Source: Spirochaetales bacterium (GTDB lineage Bacteria > Spirochaetota > GWE2-31-10). From it: DNA of 54,891 bases. The stretch covers positions 1 to 54,891 of the forward strand of contig JBNMHA010000003.1 of assembly GCA_050872545.1 (NCBI GenBank), written 5' to 3'. Numbering within the stretch: position 1 is the stretch's first letter; every line of letters starts with the position of its first letter. The position numbers and the translations under genes were made by a program. The notes under the pieces were generated by a model. It worked only from the letters and a program-made list of their open reading frames with translations. It had not been told where the DNA came from and did not search any database. Of the stretch, positions 47,330 to 54,891 are shown piece by piece.

Positions 47330-49099
47330 TTATTTTACTTTCCCACAATAAATGCTCATTTCATTTCCGTTTACTACTACTTCTTCACCGTTTTCAAACA
47401 GTGACAATGCATTTGCAACACCGGAAACCATTGCTACCAGATTTGGATTATCTTTCTTCAATACATCAAAAGAATATTCTGATGCTTCTTCAAGTATAAT
47501 TCCAGCTGCATTTCCTAATACTTTTTCAAAAGAAGAATCAAGTTTCTTTGTCAGCATGATGCTGCCGACAGCAATCTTTTTAGCTTCATCCGCATTTGCA
47601 ACTTTCACGATTTTTCCGGCTACGACATCACCAAAACCTCTGTCGGCTCTGTACTGTTTTTTACATGCAGTATGGATTTTCATAATGTTAGGAACTCCGG
47701 CTAAAATAACAGCTTTTCCGAAATTATCCAAATAACCTTTTTCAATCGCTAAGTTAATTGATTTATCCAACAATGCATCTGTATCATCAATAACATCAAC
47801 AATTTCAGGATAAACACCGGATATAATCATTAATTGTCTTGCTACTCTTTCTGATGTAGTAGGCGCAAAAATTATTTGTTCCGGTCTAAATTTACTGATT
47901 TGTCTTGCTGTATTTCCGCTTTTTGTAGGTGCAATAATAACTTCCGCACCAATATCTCTTGCAGAAATATAAGTAGCTTTAGCAGTTGCTTCAGCTGTAT
48001 TTTTTGCAGGGTGAATATCTACATATTTTTTAGTTGTTACACGGTATTCACTTGCATTTTCAATTGTTTTTGCAATAGTTGCCATAGTTGTAACAGCTTC
48101 TACTGGCCATTTTCCGTTTGCAGTTTCACCGGAAAGCATTACAGCATCTGTTCCGTCAAAAATAGCATTGGCAACGTCGTTTGATTCAGCTCTTGTTGGG
48201 CGTGGATTATTAATCATTGAATCCAGCATTTGAGTTGCTGTAACTACAGGTTTTCCAGCAGCGTTACATTTTGCAATAATTTTTTTCTGTGCCAACGGAA
48301 TGTCCTGAATAGGAATTTGAACTCCTAAATCTCCACGAGCTACCATAATACCGTCAGAAACACGGATAATATCGTCAATATTAGACAGACCTTCATCATC
48401 TTCAATCTTTGAAATGATTTTTACATCCGCACCGCCGACTGACGCTAAATAGTCTCTCATTTCCATAACATCAGCAGCTTTTCTGATAAAAGATGCCGCA
48501 ACAAAATGTATTCCGTTTTCAACGCCCATCGCTAAATCAGCTTTGTCTTTGTCTGCCATTGCAGGAAGACGAGTATGAACACCTACAACATTAACATTTT
48601 TCTTCTGTCCGAGTTCGCCACCGGCTTCGATAAGACATTTGATTTCATCACCGTTTACTTCAAGAACTTTCAGTTTAAGAACGCCGTCTGCAATGTAAAC
48701 GAAAGTTTTATCTGTAATTCCTACGTTTCTGATGTCTTCCGGCAAAAGAGCATAAGACAATGCAATTTTTTCCGGAGTTCCTTCAAAATTATCATAATCT
48801 TTTACTGTTAAAATAATTTCTTTGCCTGTTTCAAGCTTAATTTTTTTGCTGTCTTTGAGTTTTCCGGTACGGATTTCAGGACCTTTTGTATCCAAAAGAT
48901 ACGCACAAGGAATACCGGATTGTTTTACTGCTTCTTTTACCAAATCCATTTGGCGTTTTTTTTCTTCATGATCTCCGTGAGAAAAATTAAAACGCGCAAC
49001 ATTCATACCTGCTGCCAACATTTTTTTTAATGTCTCAACATTTTCACAATCAGGACCTATGGTACAAACAATTTTTGTTTTTTTTAACATTTCCTTCAT
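47330..49099 (-). CDS. pyk: Pyruvate kinase with C-terminal PEP-utilising swivel-like extension
   Basis: KTKIVCTIGP, RFNFSHG, DTKGPEIRTG, MVARGDLG, ATQML, DAVMLSGETA. Confidence 0.98.
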   Translation of the reverse strand: MKEMLKKTKIVCTIGPDCENVETLKKMLAAGMNVARFNFSHGDHEEKKRQMDLVKEAVKQSGIPCAYLLDTKGPEIRTGKLKDSKKIKLETGKEIILTVKDYDNFEGTPEKIALSYALLPEDIRNVGITDKTFVYIADGVLKLKVLEVNGDEIKCLIEAGGELGQKKNVNVVGVHTRLPAMADKDKADLAMGVENGIHFVAASFIRKAADVMEMRDYLASVGGADVKIISKIEDDEGLSNIDDIIRVSDGIMVARGDLGVQIPIQDIPLAQKKIIAKCNAAGKPVVTATQMLDSMINNPRPTRAESNDVANAIFDGTDAVMLSGETANGKWPVEAVTTMATIAKTIENASEYRVTTKKYVDIHPAKNTAEATAKATYISARDIGAEVIIAPTKSGNTARQISKFRPEQIIFAPTTSERVARQLMIISGVYPEIVDVIDDTDALLDKSINLAIEKGYLDNFGKAVILAGVPNIMKIHTACKKQYRADRGFGDVVAGKIVKVANADEAKKIAVGSIMLTKKLDSSFEKVLGNAAGIILEEASEYSFDVLKKDNPNLVAMVSGVANALSLFENGEEVVVNGNEMSIYCGKVK

Positions 49100-49239
49100 G
49101 ATTTCCTTCCTTTTTCTTATCAAAATATCAAAAATAAATTCCTAAAAGATTTGTTTTTTGCTACAACCTTAATTGACATTTTCCTCTCGGAAAAGTCGCC
49201 TACTTATAGCATAAAAGAAAGGACTTGGAAAGTTTTTTA

Positions 49240-49881
49240 ATGAAATTAACGCACATAAACACAAAAACCATATTTGTCTTTGCATTCATTTGTTCGATAT
49301 TCTCATCATTTGCTTCACCGTTTGACAGCGTAAAATGGGAAAAATCCAACACGAATAAAAATGTAACGCTGTATTATGCCAACGGCGGAGATTGCAATTA
49401 CTATAAAACCGAAGCGCTTGTTGATAAATCATGCGGTTATAAAGCAAAAGATTTAATGAAAATACTTCTGGATTACGAAAAGTATCGACAAATTTTTGTT
49501 AAGACGACGGCATTTTCCCCGGTAAAAGAAACAAATAAAGGCACCGTGATTTACTGTAGAATAGATTTCTCACCGATGAAAGATCGTGACTACCACATTT
49601 TAATGACAGTAAATGATGCAGGCGGCACGCAAATCTTAGAATGGAAACCTTACAACGGTATGGATGTAATCGGAAAACAAAAAGACTGCCAACGTGTAAA
49701 TCATGTATACGGAAGATGGCTTTTTAAAGATTTGCCGGACGGAAACATAAGCGTCAGCACTGAATATTACAATAATTGGGAATACAAAAATCTTCCTTTA
49801 AAAACAGTAATGCCTTTTGAAAAAAATGTAGCTGTTAATAATATGAAATTATTTCTGCGCTATATTTCCAATACAAAGTAG
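49240..49881 (+). CDS. Exported START/SRPBCC-like lipid-binding protein
   Basis: Signal peptide; Y.RIDFSP.KDRDY, RVNHVYGRW pattern. Confidence 0.6.
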   Translation: MKLTHINTKTIFVFAFICSIFSSFASPFDSVKWEKSNTNKNVTLYYANGGDCNYYKTEALVDKSCGYKAKDLMKILLDYEKYRQIFVKTTAFSPVKETNKGTVIYCRIDFSPMKDRDYHILMTVNDAGGTQILEWKPYNGMDVIGKQKDCQRVNHVYGRWLFKDLPDGNISVSTEYYNNWEYKNLPLKTVMPFEKNVAVNNMKLFLRYISNTK

Positions 49882-49890
49882 GAGAGTGCA

Positions 49891-50367
49891 ATGTCTATCA
49901 AAACGAATGCTGCAAGACTCCTTGATACATTAAAATTGCCCTATGAACTAATCTCTTATGAAGTTGATGAAGAACACCTTGACGCTGTGCATGTAGCGCA
50001 ATCATGCGGACAAAATGTCGACCAAGTATTTAAAACGCTTGTCGCGCTCGGAGACAAAAACGGAATTAACGTTTTTTGTATTCCCGGAGCTTATGAATTG
50101 GATTTAAAAAAAGCGGCAGCTGCAAGTGGAAACAAAAATGCCGAACTCGTAAAAGTAAAAGATTTATTTTCATTAACCGGCTACATCCGCGGCGGCTGTT
50201 CTCCGCTGGGAATGAAGAAGAAATACCCGGTTTTCATTGATGAAACGGCACAGCTTTACGATTTTATTTTCGTAAGCGGCGGAATGCGCGGTTTACAAAT
50301 AAAAACAGCACCTGCCAATCTTGCAATTGCATCAGATGCCGTTTTTACCGACTTGCTTCATTATTAA
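49891..50367 (+). CDS. ybaK: Cys-tRNA(Pro) deacylase
   Basis: KTNAARLL, VFKTLV, LDLKK, TGYIRGGCSPLG, SGGMRG. Confidence 0.95.
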   Translation: MSIKTNAARLLDTLKLPYELISYEVDEEHLDAVHVAQSCGQNVDQVFKTLVALGDKNGINVFCIPGAYELDLKKAAAASGNKNAELVKVKDLFSLTGYIRGGCSPLGMKKKYPVFIDETAQLYDFIFVSGGMRGLQIKTAPANLAIASDAVFTDLLHY

Positions 50368-51042
50368 TTAAAACTTCAACAAGAATTCCAACTTCTTTTT
50401 AGAATCGCCAATCATGTCTTTAGATTTGAAACGGTAAGATGCCGCTTTTTTATCAGCAGAAAGTGAAATGCCTTTGGCTTCCAAAATCGGCGTTTTAGTT
50501 GTTACATTTATAGCAAAGTCACTTTCGGTAAATCGATTATACCAATCGGGCTTATCTTCCTTTACCAGTTGAAGATAGTTTTCCAATGTTTCTACATCGC
50601 CCATTTCTGACAAATCGAGATTTTCCGCAAATGTATAAATATTTTTGTCCTTAGATAAACTGAAACCTTTTTCTGCAACCGGGAATTGTGCCAATAGCTG
50701 CTCAAGGTTTTTAAAATCAACCGATAAGTTGCCGATGTACTTGCCATTTTCCTGCTTAATCACTGCACTTTTAAGCTTCAAATCTTTTATTTTCATGCTG
50801 TCAAAATATGAAGTAAACTCATTTTGATCTATCAGCACTGATGAATCAAACGATTCTCCGCCGGCTGTGGGTACTGCAGATAAAATAAGCGATAAAATTT
50901 CAAAATCATCATCATCAAAAGAATAATTGATTGACAACGTTCCGCTTTCTTTATTCGCATTCATTGAGATATTCATGGAAAAGCACGATGTCAAAGTTAG
51001 CATTGCCGCTACAAATAAAATGTTAAGTAATAATTTCTTCAT
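50368..51042 (-). CDS. Hypothetical lipoprotein
   Basis: MKKLLL...TLTS-C lipobox. Confidence 0.75.
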   Translation of the reverse strand: MKKLLLNILFVAAMLTLTSCFSMNISMNANKESGTLSINYSFDDDDFEILSLILSAVPTAGGESFDSSVLIDQNEFTSYFDSMKIKDLKLKSAVIKQENGKYIGNLSVDFKNLEQLLAQFPVAEKGFSLSKDKNIYTFAENLDLSEMGDVETLENYLQLVKEDKPDWYNRFTESDFAINVTTKTPILEAKGISLSADKKAASYRFKSKDMIGDSKKKLEFLLKF

Positions 51043-51236
51043 TGCTGACCTCTTATTATTTTATACAGCAGAAAAACTGCCGTAGATTTTTTGGAAAGTA
51101 ATTGTCTATCATTGCAAATTATGATAGGTTAGCGTGATTTTTTGGAAACACATAAAACATTTAAGTTAAAAATACAATTGCGAATAGATTGAACATTATC
51201 AAAATATTTCAACGGTTGTCAATGAGAGAGGACATT

Positions 51237-52040
51237 TTGAAACTATCAAAATATAAAATCAAAGCATTATTTTTATGCATAATCATAGGATTTATATCAA
51301 TAGGCTGTAAAACCATGCCTGTAAAAAACTCTGAAAACATAGAAGCTAATGTGCTGTTCAAGCGCATAATGAAAAATGCGGAATCATTGGAATATGTAAA
51401 TATTGCTACTTCCGTAATGATTTCCGGAAACAAACTGATTCCGTCCGTTTATATAAAAATGCTTGCAGACGCAGATTATATCGAGAAAAAAACAATTCTG
51501 CGTTTTTCCGTTTTGTCAAAAAAATTATTCGACATAGCTGTAAATGCTAAAGAAATGACTTTAATAAACCATACTGCATCACAATTTATTACTTTCCCCC
51601 TTGAACAAGTAAACTTAGGGGAACTGCTTGGCCTGAACTTCGACCCGATTGATGTAGCGTATTTTTTGACAGGAAACATTCCTTATGCCGAGGAAATGCA
51701 GATTATATCTTTTGCACATAAGGAAAATCAGAATCTTTCGCTGAATGTAACAAGCAATACATCTGAATATATTTTAGACATTGATAAAAGCGGACGCATT
51801 GTACATGCAATGGCAAACAATCAATTTTTTGAACCATTGAATATTGATACTCTGGTTTTTTCTGCACGCAACGGAGCAGATATGCCACAAAAACTCAAAA
51901 TTACATCAGAAACATCACCAATATCAATGACTTTTTTAATAAAAGATGTAACTTATAATAAATGTAGCAGTTACGATCCAGAAATTCCTGTAGGATACGA
52001 AAAAATATCTGATATTAACAAAATTAAGATTAACTTATGA
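51237..52040 (+). CDS. Lipoprotein, DUF4292/LolB-like fold candidate
   Basis: TTG start after GAGAGG; lipobox SIG-C; beta-meander; ends IPVGYEKI. Confidence 0.6.
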   Translation: MKLSKYKIKALFLCIIIGFISIGCKTMPVKNSENIEANVLFKRIMKNAESLEYVNIATSVMISGNKLIPSVYIKMLADADYIEKKTILRFSVLSKKLFDIAVNAKEMTLINHTASQFITFPLEQVNLGELLGLNFDPIDVAYFLTGNIPYAEEMQIISFAHKENQNLSLNVTSNTSEYILDIDKSGRIVHAMANNQFFEPLNIDTLVFSARNGADMPQKLKITSETSPISMTFLIKDVTYNKCSSYDPEIPVGYEKISDINKIKINL

Positions 52041-52064
52041 CAGTAACGTAAGGGGAAATCATCA

Positions 52065-53903
52065 ATGAAAAAAGTCTTTTTCCTATTTGCTTTTTTATAT
52101 TTATCAATTATCGCTGTTTCGGCACAAGTAATCGGTGAAATCCGTTTTGAAGGCTTAAAGCGAACAAACCAAAATTATTTGATGAAAATGGCTGGCATTT
52201 CTGTCGGTGGGAACTGGAATGATTCAATAAAAGTCTCCGTAATTTCAAAACTCACCGCATTAGACAAAATAATAGAAAAGGTAGAAATAGCAGAAGCCAA
52301 CAGCGAAAATGACACGGTAATCGTAACAATTACTGTTCATGAAAAATATTCATTTTTAATTGTGCCGTTTTTTACTTACAGCAACAAAGCCGGTATTAAA
52401 CCGAGAGTGATATACAGAAACTATAACTTAGGCGGATATGGGAAATATCTTGGTGTAAAAGGTGCATTCAGCTGTGATGATTCACTTGATTTTTCTGTAG
52501 ATTATAAGGATTACCAATTTTTAAATCGTGATGATATGACTCTTTCGGTTGATACAAGCTTCGGAACATCTGCACCTAACTATGCAGTTACAGATTATGC
52601 GCCCGGATTGGCACCGATAGGTTCTACATCTTGGACAGACGAACGCTGGAATGATGAGAATGTAACTGAGTTCAATTTCTACGGGCTATACGGCTACAAG
52701 CTGCCTTGGCGAAATGCACAGTTTTATGCAAACGCAAAATTCGTTTATGAATATATTGCTGCTTGGGATGATGAAAACGATGATGAACATTATGAAGTTC
52801 CTATTCATAAATTTATTCCGAGTACCGCTGCATCTCTTTTAATCCCGATAGCGGAACATTTTGAAATTACACCTTGGCTCGGTTTTACTTACCAACTAGT
52901 GCATAATGAAAAAAAGGAAGCTTTAATAAATGAAGATCTTTCTGCTTTTGATTTTCTCGGTCAATATTTAATGTACTACATCCCATATTTCAACACGAAA
53001 TTTTCTGTTCCTTTTAAAGGAATCGGACTTACTTACTCTATAACTCCGGCAATCCAATTTTATATAGGAAATCACCGCGTAAAAACTTCGCTTGATTTTA
53101 CAGACTTCGGACTGCGTGAGTTTTTTAATGAATGTGCGTTGAATTTTTCATTAAATAATTCTGTTTCACGTTCCGGAACTTTGGCAAAAGGGCTTACTTA
53201 TGAAATCGGGCTGTCAAATACAATACATCAGCGTTTCTTCCATTATAAAACAGCCTATGAACAAAGTTCTGCTTGGTATATAGACAAAGAAAATCCATGG
53301 CGGTCAGTAGAAAATACAATTAAGGTAGAAACTCATTTAACATATAAACTAAACTATAACATCTACAAACGCCACTTGTTCGCAATGAAATTTCGTTTGT
53401 TTTACTACTACAACGGAATGAATACAAAAGATGACTACAAAGGCATTAACGAAAGAATTTATTCTCCGGTAACACGTAATGTTTGGGAACAAAACTTAGA
53501 TTATGAAATGTTTGAAAATGTCGGTGATTTCACAGGATATGCCGGAGGAATGATCAATCTTGGGTATCGTTTGCCGTTATTCACATTTAAAACTCCTAAT
53601 TTCTTAGGTATAACTATGAAGCGTGAATTAACTTGGGACGCTGACTTGTCATTTTTCATAGATATGGGACTGGCTCAAAACTACGGTGAAATAATGAGAG
53701 ACAGTGATTACAGCGACTACATTATTAATCATGATTTGCTGCATCTTTGTCCCGGCTTTGGTACCGGTATAAAACTGGATGTTGCACCACGATTTATTCC
53801 TATAAAGGCAAGTGTTTCATTAGGCGTAGATCTTTATAAAATGTTGAAAACAAAAAATTTCAACTCGAACCTTGTATTTACAATCGGTATAGATAACCAG
53901 TAA
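52065..53903 (+). CDS. POTRA-domain outer-membrane protein (Omp85-like)
   Basis: Signal peptide, IGEIRFEGLKRT POTRA, NLGGYGK, FFIDMG, GFGTGI. Confidence 0.75.
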   Translation: MKKVFFLFAFLYLSIIAVSAQVIGEIRFEGLKRTNQNYLMKMAGISVGGNWNDSIKVSVISKLTALDKIIEKVEIAEANSENDTVIVTITVHEKYSFLIVPFFTYSNKAGIKPRVIYRNYNLGGYGKYLGVKGAFSCDDSLDFSVDYKDYQFLNRDDMTLSVDTSFGTSAPNYAVTDYAPGLAPIGSTSWTDERWNDENVTEFNFYGLYGYKLPWRNAQFYANAKFVYEYIAAWDDENDDEHYEVPIHKFIPSTAASLLIPIAEHFEITPWLGFTYQLVHNEKKEALINEDLSAFDFLGQYLMYYIPYFNTKFSVPFKGIGLTYSITPAIQFYIGNHRVKTSLDFTDFGLREFFNECALNFSLNNSVSRSGTLAKGLTYEIGLSNTIHQRFFHYKTAYEQSSAWYIDKENPWRSVENTIKVETHLTYKLNYNIYKRHLFAMKFRLFYYYNGMNTKDDYKGINERIYSPVTRNVWEQNLDYEMFENVGDFTGYAGGMINLGYRLPLFTFKTPNFLGITMKRELTWDADLSFFIDMGLAQNYGEIMRDSDYSDYIINHDLLHLCPGFGTGIKLDVAPRFIPIKASVSLGVDLYKMLKTKNFNSNLVFTIGIDNQ

Positions 53904-53919
53904 TTTTTGGAGGAATAAA

Positions 53920-54552
53920 ATGAATATTATCACACTTTTATTTTATCCGCTGCTTTGCTTATGTATTCTGCCTGTTATAATAGCACTTACAACTCATAAA
54001 GAACAAAATGCTTTCTTTCATTGTTATTTAATTGCAATAATTGTATCTGCTGTATGGTTTTTCCTATTCGGAAGATTGGAACAATTTCCGTACAATCATA
54101 TAAAGTGGTATCAGGTTTTTCTTTACTACTTTCTGTTAGATCAGCAGGGACTTTTAGGAATTGCACTGTGTGCAGCTCCTGTTTTATTGATGAAATCAGA
54201 TGAAACCAAAATTCCAGTCTGGCTCAAAACAACCGCAATACTTCTGGGAGTAAATACAGTATTTTCAGTAAGTCAAACGCTTAGAAGTGAAATCCCAAAC
54301 AACCTGTTTGAGCTATTAACTCCTTTATCATTGAATATTTTAATAGGATTACTAATTGTCTTGAGTAAATCAATTATAAAGGAAAAAAAACGATGGTGGA
54401 TTGCAGGCATATCCGCTGCAATTGTATGTATCTGCTGCGGACTTTTTAATAGTTTACTATTTTTTTATAAACCTCTGCATTGTTTAAGTATTGTTTTTGC
54501 AGTGTTAGGAATATTTTTTGTAATACAGCTTAGAAAAAAAAAGATTATTTAG
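53920..54552 (+). CDS. Hypothetical polytopic membrane protein
   Basis: SD GGAGG; about 7 hydrophobic segments. Confidence 0.75.
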   Translation: MNIITLLFYPLLCLCILPVIIALTTHKEQNAFFHCYLIAIIVSAVWFFLFGRLEQFPYNHIKWYQVFLYYFLLDQQGLLGIALCAAPVLLMKSDETKIPVWLKTTAILLGVNTVFSVSQTLRSEIPNNLFELLTPLSLNILIGLLIVLSKSIIKEKKRWWIAGISAAIVCICCGLFNSLLFFYKPLHCLSIVFAVLGIFFVIQLRKKKII

Positions 54553-54560
54553 TTTTCTTT

Positions 54561-54613
54561 CACAAGGGACAGACCCTAATTCCAGAATGGGATTAGGGTC
54601 TGTCCCTTTGTGT
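54561..54613. repeat. REP-like palindrome
   Basis: CACAAGGGACAGACCCTAAT...ATTAGGGTCTGTCCCTTTGTG. Confidence 0.8.
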
Positions 54614-54657
54614 TTAACGCGTCATTCTCATGCTCGATACGAAAATCTGCGGCAACT

Positions 54658-54761
54658 GGTGTCAGACCTGTATACTGAAATAGTATAAAAACCTGTTCCT
54701 TAGTTTGTTTCGGTATCTGTTTGACTTTATTTATTCCAAACTAAAATCAGGGTCTGACACC
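54658..54761. repeat. Second REP-like inverted pair
   Basis: GGTGTCAGACC (54658-54668) and GGTCTGACACC (54751-54761). Confidence 0.7.
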
Positions 54762-54891
54762 GTTTATTGCAAAATTGGCATTTTTTCCAAACTTAACAGC
54801 AAAAGCGAAGAAGAATTACAAATAATCAGCGTATTTTTCTATAAAAAGAGTTTTATTTCGGAAAAATAAGTCGTGAAGAACGGAAATAAGA

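Noticed and set aside
1-54891. CRISPR arrays, tRNA/rRNA genes, integrases, sigma54 -24/-12 promoters
   Set aside because: None recognised by eye; not excluded without tRNAscan, Infernal or motif scans.

Overview
AT-rich Spirochaetota chromosome segment. The rpsT-hup(hbb)-bactofilin-rho-rpmE order, rpoN-hpf, and many spirochaetal-type lipoproteins support the assignment. The left ~19 kb is accessory. It holds a 5'-partial birA missed by the ORF track and a radical SAM/SPASM gene coupled to a triple-zinc-ribbon protein with a VYGPP motif (candidate tyramine-excising splicease plus protein substrate). It also holds a type I R-M locus (hsdM-hsdS...hsdR), into which an IetAS-like AAA+/S8-subtilase cassette is inserted between 40-bp direct repeats of the hsdS 3' end; the subtilase is split by a 1-nt frameshift. 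A DUF4143 ATPase with a palindromic operator sits directly upstream of hsdR, followed by a two-component system and a P1B ATPase. Next come lipoproteins and a DtxR/MntR regulator divergent from a probable outer-membrane protein across a highly structured ~500-nt spacer. The rest is housekeeping: two U32 hydroxylases, rpoN, panBCD, a eukaryotic-type chorismate mutase, argS, holA, uvrC, rho, pyk, ybaK and an Omp85-like gene. REP-like GGGACAGACCC/GGTGTCAGACC palindromes occur at two sites. I saw no rRNA, tRNA, CRISPR array or intact transposase. All family calls come from motif recognition by eye, not from database searches.
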